From contig JAFZWI010000002.1 in assembly GCA_017617355.1 (NCBI GenBank), positions 19,640-83,639 of the forward strand: a stretch of DNA of 64,000 nucleotides. Reading direction: 5' to 3'. Position 1 is the stretch's first letter, and the number at the start of each line of letters is the position of its first letter. Of this stretch, positions 16,968-26,544 are shown piece after piece. The DNA comes from Salinivirgaceae bacterium (GTDB taxonomy: Bacteria; Bacteroidota; Bacteroidia; Bacteroidales; SZUA-534). The notes beneath the pieces are model-generated. The model ran no database searches, was not told the origin of the DNA, and saw only the letters and a list, made by a program, of their open reading frames with translations. Made by a program: the position numbers and the translations under genes.

Positions 16968-17327
16968 TTATTTATTAGTCGCATTACCTTTCGGTTTGCG
17001 CGACATTTCTCGCTTTTGAAGCTCCATAATAAGCTGTTTGTTCTGCTTGGTTAACAATTCAAGTTTTTGTGTTGTCAACTCTAATTGCTTAACCAGCGCG
17101 GCGTTTTCGCTTTGCAGTTTAAGAATCTGCACGTTGTTATCGTTGACGGTTCGGTACATTTCAGCTAACCGAAGCAACATTTCGTCGTTAACCTTGCGCA
17201 ATTCTTCCACCGCGTCATTGCGGCGCTTGTCGGCCTCATACCTTTCGTTGCGACGCTGGCGGCTGTGGTTTGTCAGCCAGTCGAAGATTAGGCCGATGAT
17301 GTTTAATATTTTTGTTAAAAGGTTCAT
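16968..17327 (-). CDS. coiled-coil protein with a hydrophobic N-terminus
   Basis: Start taken at MNLLTKILNIIGLIFDWL (17327), immediately after the stop of the 992-aa gene. The rest is a long heptad-like helix. Confidence 0.6.
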   Translation of the reverse strand: MNLLTKILNIIGLIFDWLTNHSRQRRNERYEADKRRNDAVEELRKVNDEMLLRLAEMYRTVNDNNVQILKLQSENAALVKQLELTTQKLELLTKQNKQLIMELQKREMSRKPKGNATNK

Positions 17328-17329
17328 AA

Positions 17330-20308
17330 TTATTGAATTATATCGGTTACTTCTCCTCTTCCGTTTATGACTTGATAGGTTATTACCTTGCTCCAATAGT
17401 GAGCATTATGCACGCTGAATTCAAATCCGACCGAAGAAATGTTAATTATTGAGTTTGCATTGCCGGTGTATGTATCGGCTGTATAAAGCCGTATATAATC
17501 AGGCCAATATTCTCTCGATTCTATATTGTGGTATGTTATTATCAATGTATCTCCATCTTCAACTTGAATGCCGTTATCAATAAGAATTTCAGCTGCAAAT
17601 ACATTCCCGGAAATGTTTAAGCGATACGTATTACCTTGAGGTATTTCCGCAACTGGCTCTTGATTAGCTAATGCGTTAGTAATAGCTGCCGAAACATATT
17701 GTTGCACAAAGTCGGCAACCGCTTTTGGCGTAACTGCAATACCAAATTCGGTGTTAACGTTGCCACGGATTTGGTCGGTGAGAATTACGTGTCCGAGAGT
17801 TCCGTCGGTAGCTCTTACTGCCGCGTGTGTGCCATCAGCTTTTAAACAATAGCCCTTTGCTTGAGTTATCTTTTCTTCCAATGCGATGTCGGCAGCTGAA
17901 CGTTTATTTGCCTCTACTTCGTCGGCGGCTTTGCGAGCCGATATTTCGGCCATAAGCCGCCCAGCAACCGTAATCATTTCAAACATTTCGGCAAATGAGG
18001 CAGGATAATTGTATAGACTGCGGTAGATAACTGAAGCACGACGGATAAACGAGCCTTGAGAAATGCGACCAATCGGTTCATCTTTCGCAACATCTATAAA
18101 ATTTATTTTTTCAAAATACTCGACCATATCTAATGCCGTACTGTTGTCGGCAATGCGATAAATAAAATCATTGAGTTTTACAACGTTTAGCGCGTCGAAT
18201 ATGGAGTTTGCTCCAAAATTCTCTGCGACGTTAAGTTGCACAGCATTGGTTGTAAGCCACTCGGTTAGCCGGTCGGGAGTTAAATTCTTACGGATTGTAC
18301 CTTCGTAGTAAGATTCCGTATAGTAAAAATTCCACACACTCCTTAACTCGTCATATATCTTAATTCGTCGATAATAACTATATTCGAAATGAGGGTCATA
18401 GATTGGAGTTTCAATGGAAGTAATATTTGTCGGGTCTAAATTCTTGCCCAGCACATCGTAAACCGTTACATCAGCGGTGATTTGATAATAATTACCAAGC
18501 CATTCAACAATTTCGCCGGCGGCGTAGTTATAATGGCTACCAAATTCAAACGGCGCGACTTTTTGCAATAGAGCAGGCAGGTCAACAGCCAATTTGCAGC
18601 GGTAAAGATTATCGTCATTGACAATACATTCCCCAACGGCATACGACTTTTCAATGTCCGCACTATCGCCGGATTCTTCAAAGTTGGCTTCAAATATGTC
18701 GGGGTCGGCGTAATCGTCAATACAGCGGTATAAATTGCCTTGTCGTGTTACAAGGTCGCCAATGGTGTATGTTGCCGTCGGGTCAAACTCTGCCGCAAGT
18801 GTGGTAATGTTTGATTTAGTGGATACGGCTTTCGGTGTAGCGGCAACGTGGCTGTCTGCGCCAAGTTCGGGCTGATAGTCCGAATCCGACAACATTACGT
18901 GCGCCGATACAGCGCCAGTGGCTTCGTCTGCGGCGTGGCTGTCGATGTTGGTTTGCAACGTAGTGTCGGCGGTCTCCCTTGCCTCGGCTTCGCTGTCGAT
19001 GTTGGTTTGCAACGTAGTGTCGGCGGTCTCCCTTGCCTCGGCTTCGCTGTCGATGTTGGTTTGCAACGTAGTGTCGGCGGTTTCTCGCGCGTAGGCTTCG
19101 TCAGCCAGCGCGCCGGAAAGTGCCTTGTTCAACTCCGCAACGGCTTTCGGAGTTGCGGCTGTGCGTTTGTCAATATCACTATTATCGTCAGCGTAGCTGT
19201 CGGATAGACGGACAAAACCATACCTTTCGGCGTTGGCGGCTAATGAAACAATCTCAACCATTCGGCTGTGGCCGTTGTTTATCAGCCTTAAATAATATGG
19301 CTGTTCAACAACATTTGAGGTAGCTTCCAGTAAGTCGTATTCATACCCCTTGCTATCGCGCACAAAACGAGTTCCTCGTGGCAAGTCGCGGTGCATAAAA
19401 AGCCATTTTTCGGCAAAATCATCGCCAACAGCCACATTGAATTTTATGCCAGTTTCGACGGTATTGCCAGCTTCTCGTTCAACTCTGCTGAAATCCATAA
19501 TGCGCTTAACGCTACAAGGGTGCAGTTGCAACTCCCATTCAGTGTTTTCGTCGGTTTGACCAGTTATTGAATAGACATTCACTTTGCCGTCGGAATATTC
19601 GGTTAATGTGCGGCGATAATTGCCATTACCCATCAAAACAACCTCAAGACCAAAAGCTCCGCTGTTGTCGGGGTAAGCTCCGTGGTAGAAGCCGCTTTGG
19701 GTTAGAGCTTTCATTTTGTTTTTCAGTGCGAGTTTTTTATCGCTGACGCTGGAATTTTGCTCGTTCTCTTCGGCTGTTAAAGTCAATTCTTCAGGGTAGA
19801 AGAATCCACTCTCAACATTCTGCGTTCCGTCAAAAGCGTGGCCTTGTATTAGTTTTGTTTCTTTCAAACGGTCGGCCTCGACAGACGATTCAACCTGCAC
19901 TGCCTGGATAGCATATTTTTTCCACTTGGTGCGCTTCGGAACAATAGGATTTCCGTCGTTGTCGAAATTCGGGTTAGGGTCGGGGTGTTCGCTGTCGGGA
20001 ATGTTCTCGTATGGATTTTCAAGGCGGTCTTTTTGCGGATAAATCAAACCGTTGGATTCTGCTTCGTCGTAAACGTAGAAAGCACGTTCCTTTCTAACCC
20101 AAACAAACATACCGTCATAGGCTACATTGCTGCGTTCTTCGGTTATATCATCGCCACTTATAATAAAAAGGTCGCTTTCCTTGTTAACCACAAGGCGCAC
20201 GTCAATAGGAGCGCGTAACGCCGTTAAATAAAGCGCACCAAAGCCAACCGTAGGCTGGTCTTTAAAAATGGATTTATCTTTCGATGTTTTTTCTACTGTC
20301 TCTGCCAT
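17330..20308 (-). CDS. large fibre protein (992 aa)
   Basis: Three copies of the fibre motif x-L-[ST]-D...[AV]-[AV]-TPKAV (FVRLSDSY...TAATPKAVAEL; HVMLSDSD...VAATPKAVSTK; HVILTDQI...IAVTPKAVADF). There are also three 18-aa tandem repeats, ARETADTTLQTNIDSEAE. Confidence 0.75.
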   Translation of the reverse strand: MAETVEKTSKDKSIFKDQPTVGFGALYLTALRAPIDVRLVVNKESDLFIISGDDITEERSNVAYDGMFVWVRKERAFYVYDEAESNGLIYPQKDRLENPYENIPDSEHPDPNPNFDNDGNPIVPKRTKWKKYAIQAVQVESSVEADRLKETKLIQGHAFDGTQNVESGFFYPEELTLTAEENEQNSSVSDKKLALKNKMKALTQSGFYHGAYPDNSGAFGLEVVLMGNGNYRRTLTEYSDGKVNVYSITGQTDENTEWELQLHPCSVKRIMDFSRVEREAGNTVETGIKFNVAVGDDFAEKWLFMHRDLPRGTRFVRDSKGYEYDLLEATSNVVEQPYYLRLINNGHSRMVEIVSLAANAERYGFVRLSDSYADDNSDIDKRTAATPKAVAELNKALSGALADEAYARETADTTLQTNIDSEAEARETADTTLQTNIDSEAEARETADTTLQTNIDSHAADEATGAVSAHVMLSDSDYQPELGADSHVAATPKAVSTKSNITTLAAEFDPTATYTIGDLVTRQGNLYRCIDDYADPDIFEANFEESGDSADIEKSYAVGECIVNDDNLYRCKLAVDLPALLQKVAPFEFGSHYNYAAGEIVEWLGNYYQITADVTVYDVLGKNLDPTNITSIETPIYDPHFEYSYYRRIKIYDELRSVWNFYYTESYYEGTIRKNLTPDRLTEWLTTNAVQLNVAENFGANSIFDALNVVKLNDFIYRIADNSTALDMVEYFEKINFIDVAKDEPIGRISQGSFIRRASVIYRSLYNYPASFAEMFEMITVAGRLMAEISARKAADEVEANKRSAADIALEEKITQAKGYCLKADGTHAAVRATDGTLGHVILTDQIRGNVNTEFGIAVTPKAVADFVQQYVSAAITNALANQEPVAEIPQGNTYRLNISGNVFAAEILIDNGIQVEDGDTLIITYHNIESREYWPDYIRLYTADTYTGNANSIINISSVGFEFSVHNAHYWSKVITYQVINGRGEVTDIIQ
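18938..19090. repeat. 54-bp in-frame tandem repeat x3
   Basis: GCTGTCGATGTTGGTTTGCAACGTAGTGTCGGCGGTCTCCCTTGCCTCGGCTTC is repeated at 18938 and 18992, with a diverged copy at 19046. Confidence 0.9.
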
Positions 20309-20316
20309 AATTGTAA

Positions 20317-21468
20317 TTATTTGAAGTGCGCCGAAAATGCTTGCCAGCCCGGATTATACCCACTATTAGGAAAGTATAAGTGCCAGCGTGTCAATTCGGA
20401 ATCGGTTATCGGCTCGGACGAATCGTCCAAATAAATACTTATGCTTATTTGTCTCGATATAACTGAAACCGCCTTGCCTAAATCAAAATCTTGTAAATGG
20501 TCGAATGTTTCAACCCACTCATTACCAACTTTTTTTTCTTTTGAAATAATGCACAGCGTTTGACCGGCTGCGGAAAAATTTACGCCCCCCGGATTGTTGG
20601 AGGTTTTTTCAAATAAACCTAAACCAGTCAACGTGTACGAAGCGGTTGCGTCGAAGATTGTTTTTGAATAAAAATCGCTACCATCGGGCATACGCTTGAT
20701 AGACAATTTTTTATTGACGGTATCATACTTTAACGCTATTTTAGTTTTAGACGCTTCAGTATTAAGGCCAGCATAATCGGCTATAATAGCCAGCTTCGGG
20801 AAATAAAAACGTGCCGCCACCGCCACTGAAGCAGTTTCAAGTTTCGTCGGCTCACCCTTGTCCGCGTCGGCGGTATCTTCCGTAATGGTGCAAGTCCAAG
20901 TGTTGTTAGCTTGCACGGCGCGCTGCGGCATTGTTATTGTTAGGGTTGTAACAATTAAATCGCCATCAGCGCCAAATAAGCTGTCAACGGACAAGGCTGT
21001 GTTTCCACTTTTGAAAGAAATATCGCTCAATACGCGATGTCCGTCGCCAGTGGTATCGTCATTGTAACTTTTTGACGCAGCCTCAATGGATAGCGTTTCT
21101 ATTGTATTATTGTCAGCGTCTTTACGGACAATAACTATTTTTTTTATCGGGTACGATTTCTTTGTTATGGTGAACGCAGGGGTGCAATTAGTGTTAACAT
21201 TGACAAACTGGTCGAAACCGCCAGTTGCTTTCAATTCCGCACGTTTCTTTTTAAGAAGAATTTTTTTTAGAATTTCCTTAACGGTCATTGCATTGCCCTC
21301 TGCGCCAAAATCATACGATTGGCCGGAAATGGTAAAACCACCGTGGCTTTCAAACATTTCGCCATCGTTAATCGTCGATTCCAAATCGGCGAGTTCGGCA
21401 AAACGCTCCTCGGACATTCCTACAATATCGAGTTTGCCAGTAAACGGATTGAATTTCATTCCAGCCAT
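20317..21468 (-). CDS. virion protein, fibre/spike-associated candidate
   Basis: 383 aa. The N-terminus MAGMKFNPFTGKLDIVG resembles fibre anchor N-termini and the remainder is beta-rich. Confidence 0.5.
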   Translation of the reverse strand: MAGMKFNPFTGKLDIVGMSEERFAELADLESTINDGEMFESHGGFTISGQSYDFGAEGNAMTVKEILKKILLKKKRAELKATGGFDQFVNVNTNCTPAFTITKKSYPIKKIVIVRKDADNNTIETLSIEAASKSYNDDTTGDGHRVLSDISFKSGNTALSVDSLFGADGDLIVTTLTITMPQRAVQANNTWTCTITEDTADADKGEPTKLETASVAVAARFYFPKLAIIADYAGLNTEASKTKIALKYDTVNKKLSIKRMPDGSDFYSKTIFDATASYTLTGLGLFEKTSNNPGGVNFSAAGQTLCIISKEKKVGNEWVETFDHLQDFDLGKAVSVISRQISISIYLDDSSEPITDSELTRWHLYFPNSGYNPGWQAFSAHFK

Positions 21469-21484
21469 AGTGTCAACAGTTTAA

Positions 21485-22591
21485 TTATTGTTCATCATCG
21501 GACGGCTCTGCCGGTGCGGTTTTGCCGCCGCCTTTAGCCATAGTCAGCACAATGCCGATTGTCTCTTTGTTTGCGTTGAATACGCGCATAAGCTGCCAAA
21601 AATCGTCAAACTCGCTATCGCTCAATGTTTTTAAGAAATCGCGAATCATCTTGTATTGGTCGGCGCGTGGGTCGTTGCTGTCCTCGTCGTTGTCGGCCTC
21701 AATAGGCAGCGTTTGGCTATCGTCAGGTTGTGAGAGTGCGCCTTTCAACGCCTCGCCGTCAATGCCGAACAAACCGCCAATGCCAGCGGCGTGGCGCATA
21801 GCAAAGCCCTCAATGCCCTTTGTCAATATGGCCGTTAGGCTTGTGCCGAACAAACTGGCTTCGGGGTGCAGCTTGCGTGTTTCCTCGCGGCTGCCCTCAA
21901 GCTCATATTCCAAATCTTCAATGCGCTCGTTGGCTTTCTCAATGCGCTTCTCATACTTTTCTATTTCAGCCTTTAGCTGGTCGCGTTCCTGCGTTCTCAC
22001 AGCAAGGTCGGCGGTGAGCTGGGCTATCTTCTCGTTCTTTTTCTCATCATCGTGGCGTTTTTCGTTAAGTCCGTCGCGAATGGTCAATATTTGATTCAAG
22101 CCGCCAGTGCCATCGTCAGTTCCAGCCAAACCGCCGAAGCCCATAAGTGTAAGCACGTTGGTTACTTGCTTAAACGCCTCAAACTGTGCGTTGGGCATTT
22201 GCGGCTGCGGTTGCGCGGTTGCCGGTTGTTCCTGCTGGTGTTGTTCTTCGCGGCGGCTTACTGGGTGGTTCTCATACGGTTCTTTAAGACATATTTCCTC
22301 ATCAAGTTTAACTTCATCGTTGCCGCGCCCTACCACTTTTACGTGAATATTGGCCGTTGTCGAATCTTTTGTTAGAGACAAAAGGTCGTTTTTGAATTTC
22401 TCGGTCAATTTGGCTCTTTCTTCGGGGCGGTCTTTATAGTTGTTGTAATGCTCCGAAAAACGTTGTAACTCCTTGTTAAAGCTGGTGTCAACAGCCCAAA
22501 TTGTGTAGCCGAACACCTTACCTTTAAGGCCATCGACAAAGTTTATGCACTTGTCGATTTTTGCGTTAATGTCTGCTAATGATTGTGCCAT
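21485..22591 (-). CDS. coiled-coil, acidic protein (scaffold-like candidate)
   Basis: 368 aa with a Q/P-rich linker, the long coiled coil KIAQLTADLAVRTQERDQLKAEIEKYEKRIEKANERIEDLEYELE and an acidic C-terminus. Confidence 0.45.
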   Translation of the reverse strand: MAQSLADINAKIDKCINFVDGLKGKVFGYTIWAVDTSFNKELQRFSEHYNNYKDRPEERAKLTEKFKNDLLSLTKDSTTANIHVKVVGRGNDEVKLDEEICLKEPYENHPVSRREEQHQQEQPATAQPQPQMPNAQFEAFKQVTNVLTLMGFGGLAGTDDGTGGLNQILTIRDGLNEKRHDDEKKNEKIAQLTADLAVRTQERDQLKAEIEKYEKRIEKANERIEDLEYELEGSREETRKLHPEASLFGTSLTAILTKGIEGFAMRHAAGIGGLFGIDGEALKGALSQPDDSQTLPIEADNDEDSNDPRADQYKMIRDFLKTLSDSEFDDFWQLMRVFNANKETIGIVLTMAKGGGKTAPAEPSDDEQ

Positions 22592-22616
22592 AATTGTTTG
22601 TTTTGTGTTGTTGTGC

Positions 22617-23045
22617 TTATTTCTTTCTTCGGTTCAGCACAATAGGCTCATCATCATCTTCAAGCCTAATGGGTTTAACCGGCGTAATCTTTATAAATTC
22701 GAGAACGTATCTCGGACAAGGTTCTTCGCGCTTCCAACCGTCAAGGCCGCAAGTCTTGATGGTGATGTTGCGCCGAAATAACTTGTTGATTCCGTTGCCC
22801 ATTGCCGCAATAGTGCGTTGGGTGGCTTCCAAGCAGGCGTTGGGCGATATTAGTTGCACTTTGGTAGCGTCGTCCACAATGTCGATGTCCGACGGACGAA
22901 TACCGCAAAGCACATAGCTGTCGTTGCCGCAAGTGATGTTTGTCAGTGTGTCGCTGACGAATATCTCTACTGGCGTTAGAACGGTGTCGTAGCCGTTGCG
23001 CTGAAACCTCTCTTGTTCCATCTTAATTATTTGTGCGTCAGTCAT
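22617..23045 (-). CDS. hypothetical virion-module protein
   Basis: 142-aa ORF; its start overlaps the upstream gene by 8 nt. Confidence 0.6.
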   Translation of the reverse strand: MTDAQIIKMEQERFQRNGYDTVLTPVEIFVSDTLTNITCGNDSYVLCGIRPSDIDIVDDATKVQLISPNACLEATQRTIAAMGNGINKLFRRNITIKTCGLDGWKREEPCPRYVLEFIKITPVKPIRLEDDDEPIVLNRRKK

Positions 23046-23715
23046 AATTCAAGTAGATTTTAGCGGTGTAATTGTTCGATGGTTTAATAGCGTCGGGGGT
23101 CTCACTGTCGTAATCCTCGTAGTATGATTCGCGGATAACATCGCCAAGCAATCCCCATTCGGCGGCGGTGAGGAACGGACTTAACTGCTGTTCTTCAATA
23201 ATAATTCGCAAGAAAGAGCCGCCCTGCACTTTTTCGGGCTTCGGCAGTGTGATTGTGTTTGGCACAATTCCCTGCTTGTTAAGGTGCTGGCTGACGCAAA
23301 GCGGAGTGCTGTCGGCAATAATCTGCGTGTTGTTAAGACTCAAACTGACAACGCCTATCTGCGACGATATGGGCTGTTTTTCAAGTTTGTCGTTTACTTT
23401 CGGCTCATCGAAAACGGCCATTACAAGACTACCCTCGGCCTCATACGCGGCGCGTTCTTCCTCGGTCGGGTTGACGGCTTGAAAAATCGAGTTGTCAATC
23501 CGCTTGTAGATATAGACGGTCTGCCTTGTCATTTCACCACTATCATTGACATAGCGGTTTGAGTAGCAGCGTTTGAGCCGCGTGTTAGTGCCTAACACTG
23601 CGTTGGTCAAAATACCGTTGATACGGCGTATTTTCGACGGCAATAGCAGTTCAAGGCTGTGGACGCTGCCCCATACCCCCCGATTCGGCACATCTATTTG
23701 AGCTACGTACAACAT
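23038..23715 (-). CDS. hypothetical virion-module protein
   Basis: 225-aa beta-rich ORF, tightly packed in the operon. Confidence 0.6.
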   Translation of the reverse strand: MLYVAQIDVPNRGVWGSVHSLELLLPSKIRRINGILTNAVLGTNTRLKRCYSNRYVNDSGEMTRQTVYIYKRIDNSIFQAVNPTEEERAAYEAEGSLVMAVFDEPKVNDKLEKQPISSQIGVVSLSLNNTQIIADSTPLCVSQHLNKQGIVPNTITLPKPEKVQGGSFLRIIIEEQQLSPFLTAAEWGLLGDVIRESYYEDYDSETPDAIKPSNNYTAKIYLNYD

Positions 23716-23718
23716 TGC

Positions 23719-24087
23719 TTATTCGCTTTCGTTTTCCAAAATGAAATAGAAATTGAACTTTACATCTTTCTCCGAAGAATTGTAAAGCACCAGCTCGGCG
23801 TTTGAGCTTCGTGCCGGTATCTTGTCGGCTTTGAAATCGTAAATGCAGTCCTTTCGTGCGCAGTTGCCGTTGTAGCTAATCAGTACAGCGTCAGTACCGC
23901 TGGGCAGAACCTCTTTTTGCGATATTCGGCACGACAAATTCAAGCCCGATATATCGTCGGATAAATTGTGAGGAACAATCATCACGCCCGTAACGTGTTC
24001 GTAGTCGGCTAACATCTGCTCGCGGAGCGTTTTGTTACCGTGGGCGGCAACGGTTATATCCTCAATTATTTGAAATGTCTTTTTCAT
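23719..24087 (-). CDS. hypothetical small beta-rich virion-module protein
   Basis: 122-aa ORF with 1-3 nt gaps to both neighbours. Confidence 0.6.
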   Translation of the reverse strand: MKKTFQIIEDITVAAHGNKTLREQMLADYEHVTGVMIVPHNLSDDISGLNLSCRISQKEVLPSGTDAVLISYNGNCARKDCIYDFKADKIPARSSNAELVLYNSSEKDVKFNFYFILENESE

Positions 24088-24088
24088 T

Positions 24089-25192
24089 TTATGCTAATTT
24101 TTTGTAAATGAAAATCATAGCCAGCTTCCAGTTGGCAATGCTGACACCGTTGCCAGCTTTCAGCAAGTCCACGTTGCCGCATATTTCAAATGTGGCCTTT
24201 ATGTTCTTGATTGTCTTTTGCTGAAATTCATAAACAGCGTCGGCGTAGGGTATTCGGTTGGTAATCGACACAATGCCTAAATCGAAGCCTTTTGGCAGCT
24301 CTTGATTGTCGCCGGTTTCCATAAGTGCGGCAAGATTGATGTCGCAAATCTGCATAGGCTCAATTTCGCCTCTTGTTTTAGCCCCCTCGGTCAAGATTGG
24401 CGATGTGTAGTTGAAAACCACCATCTTTTCGGGTTCGTGGTCGAGGTTGATATTCTGCTCTTTTTCCAACACGTTGGTATTGAAAGTTATCGCGGCGTTG
24501 TTCAGCACTTTTTTTGTGAGTGCCAAAAGCAGATTCTCTCTTGTTTCATCGGCGGTGTTGCCCCAATCGGCGAATGTCGGAGCTTCAATATCAGCAATAC
24601 CGAGGCTGACAGCCTCTTGCTTTGTAAGGCTAACCGTAACACCATTGAGCCGTCCGTTTTCGTATGTTGCACCCTCAAACAAGGTTGCAACCGGCGCGTC
24701 GGACGCAAGATTAAAATCGGCCAGCTTTTCGCGAATTTCAGCATATTGGCTTGCGATAATATCCAATATGCGTTCCGTCATTTCCTCGGTTGTCGGGGTT
24801 GATTTGAGCGTAAACTCCTTAAACTCCACAAAATCGAAGCCGCCCGATTCGTCAACCGATTCGTCGCTGCAAACAAACACAATGTTGTACTCATTGTTGA
24901 CAGTGCCGCTGATTTTAATCTCACTGTTGTCAACGTTTAGATTCACCTCAAGCGCGCACTTTTGCCAATCGAACCTGCCAGCGCCGTAGGGCGTGGTGGT
25001 GCAAAACGGACAAATGGGCAGCTCTTGTGCTATCTGCTTGCCGTCTATTGCGATTGAAACGGTGTCCAGTTTGCCGCCGTAGTGAAAAATCTTGTCGTTC
25101 TTGTTTTCAAAAAACAAATAGCGGATAGACCTTACATTGTGCGGTGTAACGGTTATCACCTCGTCAGCCGATGATGGAATTGCGTAAAACAT
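24089..25192 (-). CDS. hypothetical virion-module protein (structural candidate)
   Basis: 367-aa ORF, beta-rich at both ends with a helical middle. No motif recognised. Confidence 0.6.
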   Translation of the reverse strand: MFYAIPSSADEVITVTPHNVRSIRYLFFENKNDKIFHYGGKLDTVSIAIDGKQIAQELPICPFCTTTPYGAGRFDWQKCALEVNLNVDNSEIKISGTVNNEYNIVFVCSDESVDESGGFDFVEFKEFTLKSTPTTEEMTERILDIIASQYAEIREKLADFNLASDAPVATLFEGATYENGRLNGVTVSLTKQEAVSLGIADIEAPTFADWGNTADETRENLLLALTKKVLNNAAITFNTNVLEKEQNINLDHEPEKMVVFNYTSPILTEGAKTRGEIEPMQICDINLAALMETGDNQELPKGFDLGIVSITNRIPYADAVYEFQQKTIKNIKATFEICGNVDLLKAGNGVSIANWKLAMIFIYKKLA

Positions 25193-25252
25193 TTTGTTCG
25201 CTTATTTTTTGCTAATTCTTCTCTAATCTTCAAAATCAATTTTTTAAAAGAG

Positions 25253-25291
25253 ACCCAAACCGCAACCACAATATCGGATTGCGGTTCGGGT
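25253..25291 (-). terminator. strong hairpin after the 196-aa gene (terminator/attenuator)
   Basis: 13-bp stem with one G-U pair: ACCCGAACCGCAA (25291..25279) pairs with TTGCGGTTTGGGT (25265..25253). On the minus strand it is followed by CTCTTTTAAAAAATT. Confidence 0.55.
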
Positions 25292-25323
25292 ATCTCGGTA
25301 GGTTTGGTTAGGTTCGCCCTCGC

Positions 25324-25914
25324 TTATGCGCGATGAGTTTTCACACCGTGCAGCACCAACTTAATCATAGTATGGTCGGGGCAAGCGGTCGGAGTGTAAA
25401 TCTTCGCGTCGATATTTGTCAGCGGCACAAGCATTTTTGGGCATTCGAGCTGCCAATCGCCTGCCAGTTTGCCGTTTCCGGCTGGCTGACGGAACACCTC
25501 GTTTGAAACACGCGGAATCAAAACAGTGGCGTTTGATTTGAGCTCAAACTCACCATTGGCAATCAGGTTGGTGATTTGACCGTATGCGGCTGCTTTGAGA
25601 GCGTCATCATCGTGGGCTGTGCCTACGGCGCTCAACAGTTGAATGTGAGTTACCAGCATATAGGTATTGGCCTCAAGCTGGCGTTTGCTGATGTTGGTCA
25701 AGCCAACCTCTTCTGCGTCGCCCGATTTAAACAAGTCAACGGTCGATTCTGCACCCATTGCGCGGGTTACGTAGAGAGCGTAGTCAACGCTCTGCATTTG
25801 TCCTTGCAGCACGGCGTTAGCCACTGTTGCGTTAATCGAGGAAAGACGAGCCTCAAACTCGGCTTTTGCGGTAGCCATTTTTGAACCTACAAAAGCGTTC
25901 TTTGTAATTTCCAT
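25324..25914 (-). CDS. abundant-structural-protein candidate (196 aa)
   Basis: The ORF has its own upstream gap and a downstream hairpin, an arrangement typical of highly expressed major virion proteins. No motif recognised. Confidence 0.45.
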   Translation of the reverse strand: MEITKNAFVGSKMATAKAEFEARLSSINATVANAVLQGQMQSVDYALYVTRAMGAESTVDLFKSGDAEEVGLTNISKRQLEANTYMLVTHIQLLSAVGTAHDDDALKAAAYGQITNLIANGEFELKSNATVLIPRVSNEVFRQPAGNGKLAGDWQLECPKMLVPLTNIDAKIYTPTACPDHTMIKLVLHGVKTHRA

Positions 25915-25969
25915 AATCTAAATTTTTTAAGGTTTTTGAAAAATTGTTTTAGTTTGTTATCGGTGTTGA

Positions 25970-26524
25970 TTACAACAATACTTGCTGTGCAACGGCTGGC
26001 TCACCGGCCATAAAGCCGAGGTCGCCCATCTCGCCCATATTACCCTCGCTGGGTACTGGCTGCGACGCAAAGTCATTCACGTAATCGTTCTCACTTGGCA
26101 GGGCTTGATACTCAACATCGCCCACACCGGGGAGTGATGGTGCGTCGATTCCCGAAATAGGAACGGCCGTATCATCATCGTCCCCGCCGCCGTTAAGTGT
26201 TGACAAGTCTTTTTTGAAAGCCGACTGTACGAGGCTTACACAACCACTGGCCATAACACCGAGAGCAGCGTCTTTAGCCTTTTGGTTCTTCACTACGAGT
26301 GTTGTACCAACACCCACACCGGCAACGACTGCCGGAACAACCCATTTCGACACTTTCGGCGAAAGACCCAGCAGGTCTTCTTCCTCGCCCGATGTGCCAA
26401 CGGTCTTTTTCGACACAAAGTTGTTAATCAGCTTACCGCAGATGCAACCAAGTGCCACGAAACCAGCGCGTACCAAACTGTTGACCGCGATAGTTTTCTT
26501 CTCTTCAAAAGTTTTCTTTGACAT
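25970..26524 (-). CDS. multi-pass membrane protein
   Basis: 184 aa with about three hydrophobic segments (AGFVALGCICGKLI, VVPAVVAGVGVGTTLVV, ALGVMASGCVSLV) and an acidic Gly-rich C-terminus. Confidence 0.6.
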   Translation of the reverse strand: MSKKTFEEKKTIAVNSLVRAGFVALGCICGKLINNFVSKKTVGTSGEEEDLLGLSPKVSKWVVPAVVAGVGVGTTLVVKNQKAKDAALGVMASGCVSLVQSAFKKDLSTLNGGGDDDDTAVPISGIDAPSLPGVGDVEYQALPSENDYVNDFASQPVPSEGNMGEMGDLGFMAGEPAVAQQVLL

Positions 26525-26544
26525 TTTGGTTTGTTTTTAAGTTA

